A DNA stretch of 64,000 nucleotides from the human T2T-CHM13v2.0 reference genome, Homo sapiens. This document shows, one piece after another, positions 31,441-63,700 of this stretch. The stretch lies in NCBI RefSeq assembly GCF_009914755.1, contig NC_060936.1; one strand, 5' to 3'. Position 1 is the first letter of the stretch; each line of letters opens with the position of its first letter. The position numbers and the translations under genes were made by a program. Under the pieces are notes generated by a model. That model ran no database searches, had not been told where the DNA came from, and saw only the letters and a list, made by a program, of their open reading frames with translations.

Positions 31441-32869
31441 GGGCCCTGTCTCCAGCAGGGGGCTGCAGGCGAGGGCGCGCTGGGGCGGGGGCGGGCGGGC
31501 TGCACAGAGGGGTCGGATGTGGGGCGAGTTGGGCAGAGGAAGAGGAACCGCAGATGCCGGGTGGCGGGAGAGGGGCTGGGGCTGCAGGGAGACAGGTGGG
31601 TTTGGTCGGGGTTGGGGGTTAGGAGGGGAGGACATGCTCTCTGCAAATTAGGTGCAAACGAAGGCTCAGAATGAGCGAGTTTGGGAATGCCACTACACAG
31701 ACCTTTGGGTCTGGGATTTTGACCCCTCGCTGGATCTGGAGGGCACCCTTGGGTGGAGAGGCCAGGAGGTAGGGAAATCTCTTGCTCCTTGAGTCATGCG
31801 ATATGAATGAAGGACGGGTGTGGAGCAAGATTTCTCTATTTCCTGAGCATGTTAGAGAAAATTGGTCTTAAACTACAGCCAGAAGGCTTGAAGATAGTCT
31901 TCTGGAAGACCTGGGGTGAGGTTGAAATACCCACCCTCCCCGCCCCCGGGGGGCTTTCGGACTAGAAGTCCCTCGAAATAGCCAGACTTCTTGGAAGGCT
32001 TTTGGGGGAACACATATAACTATTGGGCTCTGTCCCACTCAAGAGAAGGAGAAAAGGGAGAGTCATTCCTCTGACCCCATCAATCCTTTGAGAATGAAGG
32101 AGCTCAGGAAGAAACATGTCAATCCAGGACTCTAGGTTTCCAGATATTTTTCTATTCATCTGTCTCTTCCCTCTTGTCCGCATCAATCTCCAGGACCCGA
32201 TTTCTGCCTAGCAACATCACAACCAATCAAGATGCAATTAAACCTGTCAGTTCGGCTCATCCTTAACTGGGATTGGCTACTCGCAGTATGCTTATCCCAA
32301 GTTTTCATTGGCTGACGGCCACCTGTATGGAAATAAGAATTACCCGGGACTCTCAGGCCCTTCTCAGCCGTACCGACCTGTGGCTTAGTGCGCTGAAACC
32401 TGCAAGGTCGGAGCCGAAACTCCTGGGCTTGCTTGTTGTCCTGCCTTCTCTTCCTCAAAGGAGATCTCTTGAATATTCCCTTTTCCCTCTGCGCCCTGCC
32501 TAAGGCCTAGTCTGAAAGAAGTCCGACCAAATAACCTGAAATAATGCGGATTTGCATGCTTTCTGTATCTTCTTTGCATTCTCTAGGTTCAAGGTCAAGA
32601 TTTTGCCCCTTCCCTCCAATGCCGCCAGTGTTCTAGCCCCTTTCTTCCACGTCCACCTAAGGGGCAGCTTCTCTCCGTGTGAAGTTCCTCCGTCCCGCCC
32701 CGGGTTTGCCAAAACCCTCCCTTCTGGCTCAGCTTCCTCAATTCCCTACCGCCCCTCCTCCATTTCAAGATCCAGGCATCTCGCAAAACAATCCAGTTTA
32801 GGAGGGAGTTAGAGGGGGAGAGGACCCCCCCCCAAAAAAAACCCTCCATCCTCTCTCCCCATCCATTTT

Positions 32870-33140
32870 CTCCGAGGGAGCCGAGTTTGACAGCGAATTC
32901 ATTCCGAGCGGGGAGGGTGATTTATTCTTCAAATATACCGACAAGTGCGGGCATGATGGAGCCCATTAAAATGTTGGGAGATTGTTTTTATGATTGAAGT
33001 CTGTATTACTCCAACCATAAAGAAAGAGAGCAAGGAGTCATTAGCATTTTCATGATGGTGTATTTCTGCTTGTCTCCGCGCCATCACTCATCTTTACTGC
33101 CCGTCCCTTTGCTCTCGCGCTGCTACAACGAGGAGAGACT
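32870..33140. promoter_or_regulatory. Putative highly conserved non-coding element (possibly ultraconserved uc.340)
   Basis: TGACAG 32888-32893, TGATTTAT 32918-32925, TTTTATGA 32986-32993 and CCATAAA 33015-33021 in unique sequence. The uc name is from memory only. Confidence 0.5.
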
Positions 33141-33839
33141 GCAGCCTGAGTCGGGGCTGGGGATGGGGGGAGATGGGGGCCAGAGATCCGCGCCCCCCAC
33201 GCCGCTGTGCCCTTCACGCCAAATCCTCACCCTCCCTGAGACGCAGATCGGGGGTGAGAGGCTGGAAACAGACGTAGGGCCTCAGCTTCCTTCTGCGGCT
33301 CCTCCTGCCCTTGAAGTGTGGGAGCAGGGGGTCCTGCCCAAATGGTGCTTGGAGATCTGAGCACAGTGGGGTGGTGGGGGGTTACACCCCTTCCTTTCTC
33401 TGGCTCTTCACTTGCTGACCTACACTGAGAGCTCTTCAGGGTTATCCACATAGGAGTAAATTCAAGAATTCCTGGCTGAGTGCCTTGGGCTGGAGACATC
33501 AGTGTAGGAGAGGGCAAGAGGGAGGAGACCCCAAATCCTTGGGTTTGGAAAACTGGGTTGGCAGGAAGTTGGGAGCCCGGACATTTGGTTTCTGTCTCTG
33601 CGATCCCCTAAAGGGCCCTTTGACCTTGCTCCGGGATAAGTTCAAGCCTCCAGTCTCCACCCTGATTCCCCAGCTCCTGCTCCCTCCTAATTCCCTAAAT
33701 CCTGGACTCTTTCTACACAGTCATTTACAACCAGACCCTCCAGTACTCCAAGGAGCTAATTTACACCCTCCATGCAAATAATGGAGATCAAAATAGTTAC
33801 TGCCAAGGAATGAGCTTAGAGACAGTTGGCTATGGGTAA

Positions 33840-34868
<1,029 letters not shown>

Positions 34869-37800
34869 GTGCTTTCCCATTGATGCCTCACAACAACCTG
34901 AGAGGTAGGTTTCATGTCCTCCATTTCACAGAAGAAGAAACCAAAGCTCAGGTTGGGAGATACCCAAGGACAATTAGGTGGTAAACAGAAGAATCAAGAT
35001 CTGAACCTGGACGGTCTTCATCACCTGAAGCTGCCTGAGAAGGAGTTCAGGGTCTCTAAAGTAGAAGCCAGGATGACTAATAGCTCCATATAATTCATCT
35101 GGGTTCATAAGAAAGTGAGGAAGTCTGTCTGGTAAGAGCTTAAGAATTTTGAGAGAAATTTTACTAGAAATATTTATCTCGTGGTGATTGGGTCTAGGTA
35201 GTCGGGTAGTTACTATCATTGCTGGGATCTACCTCTCCCTAATCATTTAGTGAACATTTATTAAGCATCTACTATGTGTCTTCTTTTGATTGACCCCACC
35301 CTCCCCTTTCTCCACTTCCCCTACTGAGATGGGTACCTAATAGAGTTCTCAGGTCCTGGGCAGGGGTAGAGGCCCAGGAGAAAAGGAAGGTGTGGAGGTG
35401 AGAGCCCCCCATAGCCTGCACAGTGCCCAGAGGCGGCTGCAGCGGTGGCTCCAGATTTATAGCTGCCCCGGTACTGATGCAATAAAAGGAAACGATCCTT
35501 TTCTGTACTAATTTCTGTGTAATTAGATCTCTCCTGGCATGGAAAGTGGGGAGTGGGGGTGGCCAGGAGGGGAGGGTGCCAAGGACTCTTCACAGAGTCC
35601 TCCTTGGGAGGAGGGACTGCTGGACACACATGGCTTCACGTGGGGCTGGTTGGACAAATGGATCTGCACACACTGTGATGCACACAGGAAAGCAAGGAGG
35701 TGGAGGAGTCTTGATATGTCAACACACTTGTGTGCAGGATGGGGACAGACAAACCTGGGATCCTGTACAAAGATCCTGGAGCCAGAAGAACTAACTCCCG
35801 GGTAGTCTGTACACACAGAAGATATTGAAATCCTCAGAGGAGCTGCATACAGATTTCCCTGTACTAAGCTAGACACCAAGACCCCAGACCCTTGTTCAGA
35901 GAGGCTTGAACAGCAGAGAATTCCTTCAGATTCATCCACATTTACATCCACAGATACAAAACAATATATACATACACTTGCAGGAATACATATACATACA
36001 TACATTTACTTGCATGAAAGCACATACACACCTCTCTTAATCAAATGCAAAAATTACAAAGTCTACACTTAATAGGAACTCAGCAAATGTTTGTTCCCTC
36101 TTCCCATCCTCATTGCCTGCCCACCTCCTATAGGCAGGAAACTAAAGGATAAAAAAAGCTCTTTCCTTAAGTAAGGTTTTCTTTAAAATACTTGAAGATG
36201 GATACTATGAAGCCAAGACAAAGATGAATCAGACAAAATCAAGAAAAACGTGGGGATGGTTAGTGGGGGAATGATTCTGGACTCTTTCCTCTTTTTTGGG
36301 AGAACAAAATCTCAGAGAGGAAAAGAACACCATTGTTATTATTACTACGCCCTTACCCCGACTCATGGTGACAAACAGTTACTATGGGTATGGCAGTAAT
36401 GCCGTTTGGAACGACACTTCTACCGAGCTAAGTATTCATCATGCACTTGAGTGTGTTTGTGGAGGAAGCTCAGAAGGCCTCTTATCCAATCTCCCTCTGC
36501 AGCCTGAATCTCTTTCACAGTCAGCCTGCTGGGGAGCCAGCCAGCTTCAGCTTCAGTACTCCTGCTAAAATGGAGCTCTTAATAAGCAGTCTGCCCCTAT
36601 CGATGGACAGCTGCAGGGATTAAAATATTCTTTGGTGCAATTGAAATCTGTTTTCTTTTAAATTTCAGAATATACTATTTCTAACTACCTGTCATATCTC
36701 CTTGAGTTATTCTAATGTTTGAATACCAGTTCAATCTAAGCATTAATTGTCCCTCTACATTAGCAATAACAATTAGATACCCATTGGGAAAATCAGGAGA
36801 TTTTGATCTCCACAGATGACTGTCATGTACTTATCTTAAACCCTTGTTCTAATGGGTAATTCCTGATTAACCTGAGTAATGAAAATGTATCACAAGAAAG
36901 AAAGATTTGTCATGCCTTGTTATCACTTCATAAGGCCATCTTTCTAGATACCTGCCATAACATCAGGATATTTCCATCCCAATAAAACATGATCATGATG
37001 TGCTTGGCTAATAAAAAGGAAAAAAGCCGTGTGTTAAAAATATGTTTAAAATGATTTGCATGAGTGGTGTAAATATAAACCACCACCATCATCATTGTCA
37101 ACATTATCCCCAGTTTATTTGCCTTTTGAAATCCCTGCCTGACCTTGAGGGTGGGAGGTTGATAAAGGAAGAGGGAGGCAGAAAATTAGCATCTATTAAA
37201 TGCTTATTATTGCTAGGCACTGTGCTAAACACTCACAATAACCCTCTAAGATAGGTATTATTATGCTCTTACAGATGAGGAAATTGGGCTCAAAGAAGTT
37301 CAGGAACTTGCTCTAGGTCATACAGTTAGTAATCACAGGATCAAGATTTCAACCCAGGTAAGTGTAATTCCAAAGTCTGCACTCTTTCCCCTACACCTGG
37401 ACTGGTTACATTTACTTTGACCTCAGCAGTGCCTCACTGAGTGGATCTATGCTGCTACTGATGTGACACTGGTCAGGAGACATGCTGGGCTCAATGATCC
37501 TTCCTAGACACCCAGAGTCCCAGAGGGGAGCCAGAAGTTCTGAACCTGACCTTTGGGGCTTCTGTGTTCAGTCACATTACTGCCTTCACCCAGGAGTGCC
37601 CACACGTAATCATGGGCACCGTCATTGTTGTGTGCAGTGTCACATCCAACACGCATTTGGACTCACACAGGCTGGCTACACCTTCCCATCTCCCAGGCGG
37701 TGGTGTGTGCAGCCAGCAGGGGTCGCCGGCACACCAGGAATTACCACTTTCTGGGTTTGTCTCCTGGCCCAACAGGATGGAAATGTTCCTCTTCCTGTGT

Positions 37801-39014
37801 TCTTCTAAAATCTTACATTAATCCCTTGCCTTCCCCGCCTTTCCCTCCTATCTCCTCCTATCCCCACAGAGCCAGTAGGTTTCTTACGACAAGCTGGGTA
37901 GTAGTAGCCCAGTAAGTAACACCCTAAGCTGCTGAACCCCAACCTAGACCAGAGATCAGGGATTCTGGCAGCCAGTTCTGCTTCAGGAATGGCCAGGGAG
38001 CTAAGAAGCCTGGAACACCCAAGCTTCTGGATCAGCCTTGGCTGGGGAGGACTCTCCCTCCTCTCAGTGCTTCCTCCAACTCATCTCAGCATCTGCCACT
38101 GTACCTGTCTTGACCATTCTTTCCTGTCTCAACGTCCATGTAAGCATCTGTCTCAGGATCTTCGGACCCTCAAGGCCCTGTAGCTCCCTCATCTTGGGAG
38201 GGCCTAAGAATGCAGGAGGAGGCAAATCTCTAGTGATCTGTGGCCAGGGGTTTCAGAGGAGAAATCATGGTTTGGGTAATACAGGGGAGGGATCCAGGTA
38301 CCCTGCCTCACAACAGTAAGTGGGGGCCAGTCATTTGCTATCTGTAGGAAAGGAGTCCAGACACTGTCTGTGGAGGTAGCTGTGTCTGCCTTTTGGGAGG
38401 GACATCTCTTTTCTGCACCTCGTCTCTCCCCTGCTATAGCAACAGTGCCTCAGCTTTTCCATCCCCCCATCTCTCTGTTGACCCCCTCCCCTCAACTCCT
38501 GGAGCCCACTGATTGGCGGCTGCCTGCTGCAGGGCCAGCTAGGTTTATGGCTTTGCAGCAGCTGGGGAGAAAACGAGGCCAGAGACAGAAAAATGGAAAC
38601 CTATCAAGAAATCAAGGATGGTGACAGTAAGAGAAAGAGAGTCAGAGATAGAAGCAGAAAGACTCCAAGAATAATAGAAACAAAAAATCAAAATGATGAG
38701 AGGCACAGACTGAAGCGGAGACAGATACAAAGAAAATTGTAGAGATACTGATAAAAGATGATGAAAAGGTGATAGGGATGGGGAGAAGAGGGAGAGAAAA
38801 GCACAGACAAAACCATTAGGATAAATCCTGGGAGTAGGGATGTGCATGGCTTTCTAGGGGGACAGGAGTTGCTGGTAGTAGGTAGAGGCTGAGGCTGTCA
38901 TTTAGGGACTCCCAGAAATCATTTGGTGGTACAGAAGAGGCTGGAGGATCTTGCAGCCAGTCCCAGTTCTCTCCACACCTGTTCCATGTCCATTTCCACA
39001 CCCTCCTCCTGGAG

Positions 39015-44269
<5,255 letters not shown>

Positions 44270-44325
44270 TTAATGGTATTGGTAATATTTATTTGAAGCT
44301 AGTTGGTGAGCTCAATGATGTTCAC

Positions 44326-44331
44326 TTTATT
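44326..44331 (-). terminator. Candidate CALCOCO1 distal polyadenylation signal (others at 45833-45838 and 44288-44293)
   Basis: Minus-strand AATAAA at the end of the Alu-free stretch downstream of the stop; would give a ~3.4-kb 3'UTR. Confidence 0.45.
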
Positions 44332-46928
44332 ATTCATTACATATATTATTTTGTATGTATAAAACATTTCATTAAAATAACTTAAAGATTATTTCTGGAG
44401 GACTGGTCCTATGTTCCAGTCTCTATACTAGATTTTAGGAACACAGTGATGTATAAGCATAGAATCTGCCTTCAAGTTGCTTACAGTTTAGGGAGAATAA
44501 AAAGTTGTAAACACATGTAGCATCTTTTTATAAAGTGCTCTACGTGGTATGTCAAAGGATAACTGAGGGCAGTCAAGTAAGGCTCCATGTAGGTGGTATC
44601 CTTTGAGCTAGGAGGAAAGTAGTGTATGTTTTTGTGGAATGGTTCTGTTATACTGGAGTACAGGGTTCCTTAGGGTAGATGGGAAATGGAAGGGCAAGTT
44701 GGGACAGATGGTGAAGACCCTGACTGGCACACTAAGCAATCTACATTTCTCATTCCTGTAGGTAACAGGTGGCCATTGAGGTTCGATAAGTGGGGGAGTG
44801 GTGTGTTTGGATTCGTTCTTTCACCACCAAATACTGACGCGAGTTCCTATTTGCTGCTACTTGGCTGACATCTCCTTTCACATTAGAGTCTCAAGCCCAT
44901 TCAGATCTATCGGCTTTTGCATGGATGCTGGGGAGCAGGGAGGAAAGGGATGATCCATTATAGAAGAGAAATAAGTAGAAAGGCTGAGTTGCCAAATACC
45001 CCTCAGTGAGTAGGAAAGAGAACTAGAATTGGAAGCTGGCTGCCCCTGGGTTTCCCCCAGCCCATGCCGTCAATTACCCTTCCTTGAGCCCCCTCTGTGT
45101 CGGGGACCATGCTTTGGATACTGGGATAGGCAAACCATGAGTAAGGAAGAGAAATGGCCCCACATTTTGTGGCACCCCCAGTCTGAAACTGCAAATTGCA
45201 TGCCAGAAAGACACACAAAGGGCAGAGAAAGGAGCAGCTAGAAACTCTAGATATCCATGTTGAGGAGCCTGGTGGGGGGTTGGGGGGCTTCATGGAGGAG
45301 GGGAGTATGAAGCAGATTCGGGACAGTGAAGCAGAACAGGGCTGGAGAGAAAGGAAGGAGGTGAGAAGGACCCATGTGAAGTTTTCGAGGTTGGAAAGAA
45401 CAAAACCTATACCGCAGTCCTCTTAAGTGCTTTTAGTCTGACAGTGTCTGTATCAGTGGCCTTGTGCAGCTAGCCATGTGGCTCCTGTGGGTGTATGTGC
45501 GGCTTGGCAGGGGCTGTGGCATGGGAGCAGGGGCCTGGGTTCCTGTTTGTCTACTATTCTCCTTTTTTGCACAAGGCAGCCACTCACTGGAAGCCAGGAG
45601 GTGTGGGTCCCAGATTCTTCTCGCCCCAACCTCCCCCAGAAAATAAATCACACATGATTTCATTAAATGCACCTCCTGCTGGGGATGTTGGCTCATAATT
45701 CCTCTCTGATTAACCCCCACTACCCCGGCAAGTTTATAGGCCAAGAGAGGGAGAGGGAGAGGGGGGAAGGTAAAAGGAGGGATGGGGGGAATCCCAGGCG
45801 GGTGATGGATGCCTCTGTCAGCCCAGCTCGTATTTATTAATAGTCTTAATACGGGAAGCAATAAAGGAAGAGAGGGATTCTATTAATTAAATCATTGTTA
45901 TAATTAACTTTCATTAAAGGAGGATCAATAAAGAGGGGTTGAGATGGAGAGAGGAGAGATCCATTATCTCTAATTTCCTTGGAAGGGATTCAGGGAACGA
46001 GATGGGGTTGCTAGGAGACGGAGACGTGAGGGAAGAAGGAACGATGTAAGAAGTCATCCAGGTGGGGCTGGAAAGGGGGTGGACAGGAGCATTTCAGGTG
46101 AATGGAGAAAGGGAATGGTGGGGGTGGTCCACACAGGGGCCCTGAAGGGAGAGGAGGGCAGCTGAGAAGGGAGCTATTGGGTTGGAGGACGAGGGGGTTG
46201 TAGGCATGTGCTTGTGCAGGCCATTGCTGAGAGCCTTGGTGAGCGTGCAGGTCCTTAACAAATGCTTTACGATGCTGTGTATGTGTCTGTCTAGCCTGTG
46301 AAGCTGGTTAGAGTGGATGAATGTGTTTTTGTGACTGTTGAGGCAGAGTGTGCATACAGGTATGAGGGGATGGCAACAGAGAAAGAAACAGAAACAGAAA
46401 CAGGAGGAATATAAAATCGCCTTTAGAGGTATGAGGCTTAGGGCATTTTTTACTAAGTAGATACTCAAAGGTGTACGCTCTTGACAGGAATAAAGCCTGT
46501 CCTTTGGCATAAGGTACAGTGATGGCTGCTATGAAGGGTGAAGTTCTCGGCAGTGGGAAACTTGTCCCACTTTTCCATGGCATGCACCCACCCTGGGACT
46601 AAACCCTGAGCAGAAGTGACAGGGACCCATGAGTTTGCTCCCTCCCCAACTGCCGCATTATCCAAGCCAGACTCCCACTTGAGACAACCCACTCATGGCC
46701 AGCACACCAGGAGGCACGACAGGACAGTAACTGCCCAGCATCCCCTGCCATGAGGCAGGGATGCGTCCCCTCTTTCCCTCCTCCCTCCACCAGGGTCTAA
46801 GAGCTGGAGGTCTGGGCCCTGTGTTCCAGTCACACCTCATGATAAGAACACATTTTGTGACAACAGTCATACATATCATATAAATATATTTGTTCAAACT
46901 ACAAAGGGATGGATATCAGGGGGAAGCT

Positions 46929-46934
46929 TTTATT
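46929..46934 (-). terminator. CALCOCO1 proximal polyadenylation signal AATAAA
   Basis: First AATAAA I found on the minus strand after the stop (~760 nt downstream); GU-rich downstream. Confidence 0.75.
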
Positions 46935-47695
46935 GCTGTGGGGGGACCTGGAGAGGGAGGGGGGCCTTGGAAATGGGGATACCTGGGACCACTTGTTCCC
47001 CCCATTCCTCACAGAAGGCACAAATACATTATTTCTTTCCATGTGAGGAGATGCGAGGAGAGGATACAGAATACAGGAATCCTCAAAAATACAAAAAACC
47101 CCTCCAAACTGAATACCTAAGGTTATGGAAAAGGCTAGGGTGGGGCACAGAAGTCAATGGGGGAACAGAAAGAGGAACCAATGAAACTGAGAACCAAAAG
47201 GGACCTGAGAGGCCATGATGTCCATGCTGCTGCCTCTGTGCAGACCCCAGAGAAAACTCAGGTAAACCAACGGAAACTCCAAATAAGAGAGGGTAGGGTG
47301 CCCCAGGAATTGGCTTTGGGGCATCAGACAAGGGAGTGTGAGTGTGAGTGTGTGTGTGCAGTGGCTGTGTATCAGAAGCAACCAGGGCTAGGAGTGGACG
47401 ATTCTATTCCCACAGGGGAAGGCCTCCTCCATCCCGGTTCCTCCAAAACCACTTTCAGGGGATAAATTCAGCCACTGCTTCCGAACAGGACCCCTCCCTG
47501 GGACAAAAGAGCCAGGTAGGAGAGGATGAAGTGAGAAATCTTGGGATGAAAACAGGGCACACAGAAGCAGTTCTTAGGGAACAGAATATCATGGAGCCCA
47601 GTGTGATAGAAAATGGGCATGAAACCTAAGTGTATGCATGTGTGTGAGTGTGTGTGTGCATGAGTGTGTATTTGTGCATGTACGAGGGAGTAAGA

Positions 47696-60995
<13,300 letters not shown>

Positions 60996-62699
60996 CCTGG
61001 CCTTGAGATATCTGTCCTCCTATGAAAGAAAGGGTTGATAGCCTAAAGTCTTTCCAGTCCACCTCCTTCCCCCCACAGCTCCAGCACCACACACTCACAG
61101 CCCCTGCCACTACACCTGGAGATAAGGCATACCTGGTTTCTAGTCCCTGAGGGTTACGGGACATTTTTGAGGTATCACTCTTAGTCTCTAGGACGTAGGT
61201 CTGGCCTTCCAAGTCCGTCCCCATCCTGTCTCACACTGTACCCGCTCTGGCTCATAGACCCTTCTGAGGGTTCAGACTTCTCTAATTTTGCTCCCAAAAG
61301 GACACTGACGGGGACAGAGCCTGGGATACTGCGACTTGGTCGACAGCCTCCATTTCTCCATCCCATCTCCCACACATCCTGGCTCTTGAATACAAAATCC
61401 AACTGAGGTGTGGGGCCCTCTCATTGAGAGAGGTGTCCTTACCTACTCCTAAGCTTGTTGACCCAGCTGTATCCAGGAATGAGTTATGACATCAGAAAGC
61501 AGCAACTAATCTCTGAAAGGAATGGTTGAGTTTTCAGAGCTAGAATATGGCTGGGGGTCGAGGGGAACTGAGCCCAAATCCTTAGGCTCCTGAGCTCTCA
61601 GCTCTTTTCATCTCTCTGAGCTGCCTACCCCCATGAATTCTAGGGAAGCAGAAAGCTTCTGCTGGCATCCAAGAGACAAAGGGAAGGGGAGGATATAAGG
61701 AAAGACAGGTTCTGTCCCTTGACTTATTATTCCAGGAAGTCAAGAATTCTGGAGGCGGCAACTTCAAGGGTGGAGTGAGGCGCTTAGCAGGAACGTGGTG
61801 GGGGTGGGGAGATGGAATGTGGGGGCCTGGAGCCAGGAAAGCCCCACCCCAGGGCAGGGAACAGACTAGAAAGTGGGAAGTAAGGGGCCCCAAGAAGTGG
61901 AAATGTATATTTAACGTTGAGGAAAGGGGAGATAGTTCAAAAAGAACCTAACATTCTTCTCTCCAGACTGTGCCTGCAGCAGGACTAGAAACCTACTGGT
62001 TTCACTTTAGTATTTCTCTCCTCATTTTCTCTCTGCTCCCCTCAGCCTCCATCCTTCCATCTGTTTGTATTGGTAGCTGGAGACACACTACAGGATGGGG
62101 TTGAGAGGAAGGGGTGTTCCAAGTTAGCTGGGGAGAGTTAATTGGAAAATATGAGGGTGGGGTGAGGACAGATAACAATAATAACGATCAAAAGAACTCC
62201 TCAGTCCAGGGCTGTGAGATGGCCCTCTTATTCATCACTCCTTTCCAGCCCACTAATCTATTTCCTGTGTCACTCACAGCTGACATGTCCAACCAGCCAT
62301 TGTCACTAGTCATATGCACGCCCCCAAACATCACAAACCCACACCAGGCTGAAGTCCAGGGGACAGGAACTTTAAAAGAAAACAGAAACTCAGTGGATAA
62401 AGGTGAGCCAGCAACACAAAAAGGAGCAACTTCTGTCCCCCAAATAGGTAGAACAAAAAGTTTTTTTTAATGTTCATCTCCCTGAAAAATTCCTGGTTGA
62501 AACTAATCCATGTTTTCTCCAAATGCAATTCTTCCAGCTTTCTAAGGGTGGGGGTAAATTGTCCCCAAAGATATACCTGGAGAACCCTAAAATACACCCC
62601 ACAAAGAAAATCCGTAACAGCTGTAAACGTTCTTCATGTCCGAAAGAAAGTTTTGGGCACCTAAGATGTAGGTGTGTAGCCTGATTCAGATGTTCACAT

Positions 62700-63700
62700 G
62701 ATGGGGCGGAGAGCGGGTGTCCCATCCCCTACTCTGTAGGGCTCTAGAGTTCCTTGACATTCTACACCTTGGAAGGTCCCCCTTCCTCCCCAGGGATTCA
62801 GCGTCGTAAAGGCCTTTGGATTTGCGTAGGGGAGAGAGGGAAGACGTGTAGGGGACACGTCTTGCCTGGGAGCGAATAAGCAGATTTCAGCTCCCTTGAA
62901 GGGATCAGCTTTATAGAGACGCATTGAGAAGAAGGAGAGGACGACGAGGGGGCGCCCCCCACCCCCAATCAGAGTCCCCTTGAAACCAAGAACTCCCCAA
63001 ACAGCGGGGGTGGCTTCTCCAGTACGGAAAGGGTTACAACCCAAACGCTCCTGTATTCCCCTTCGACAGTTCCCTTACGTTATCCTTCCCCAAACTGGAA
63101 AGTGGGGTGACCCTCCCCTCCCATAAGATCGCCCCCAATTAGGCCAAGTTTCTTACCCAACAGACGGATCAGCTGTTCCCCTCACCTTTCACCAACAACA
63201 AAAACAGCACTCCGACTTCTGGAGGGGAGGGAGAAGAGTGGGCGCGAGGGCTTCTGGGGTTTGTGGTTCTTCTGCGCCCTTTTGCCGCTGCGTGCTCGGA
63301 TCTAGGACTATACATCCCAGAAGGCTGCGCGCAAGGAGGGCGGGGAAGAGGGCGTCCGTGACGGCGGCCTCACCGCGGCATCCTGGGAGGCGTAGTTCTC
63401 ACTCCTATGACAGAAAACGAGGGTGTGGCCAGCAAAGGACTTCAAGGCCCATGATCCCTTAGGAGGGGGCCGGCTGCATTAGGGGTGGCTGCTGGTTTGT
63501 AACGTGCGTTGTTGGGGGCTGGGGAGGATTTACGGCTCTAAAGCCTTCCATATAACGCTTTAACGGTGGGCAGAGCGGTTTCTGTTGCGTCCCGTCCTGT
63601 ACTTTTCGCACCCACCTGTGAGATAGGCGTTAAGCGTTATGCACGCTTTATAGATGTAGAAAGTGAAGTACGGTTAAGGAGGCGGTGTGAAGTGTCAAAG
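62700..63700. promoter_or_regulatory. CALCOCO1 CpG-island promoter with two ZNF143/THAP11-type motifs and a GC box
   Basis: CpG-rich; ACTATACATCCCAGAAGGC 63307-63325 (+); ACTACGCCTCCCAGGATGC 63396-63378 (-); GGGCGGGG ~63338. Confidence 0.8.
63186..63290 (-). other. CALCOCO1: CALCOCO1 non-coding exon 1 (5' end approximate)
   Basis: Donor GAAAG|gtgagg at 63186 inside the CpG island; a second strong donor TGG|gtaaga at 63157. Confidence 0.65.

Larger units (their letters stand above)
30560..33330. promoter_or_regulatory. Orphan CpG island and repeat-free intergenic regulatory block
   Basis: CpG-rich core ~30940-31600 and further CpG clusters to 33300; G-tracts (GGGGCGGGGGCGGGCGGG 31482-31499); no Alu between 29553 and 34081; no gene start identified. 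Confidence 0.75.

Noticed and set aside
30355-31674. ORFs of 110-134 aa in the orphan CpG island as a possible hidden gene or homeobox remnant
   Set aside because: Low-complexity Pro/Gly/Ala translations with no homeodomain or other recognisable motif; the apparent peptide repeat comes from the 24-bp DNA duplication.
62940-62960. CTCF-like CGACGAGGGGGCGC
   Set aside because: Two mismatches in the core; such GC-rich matches are common in CpG islands.
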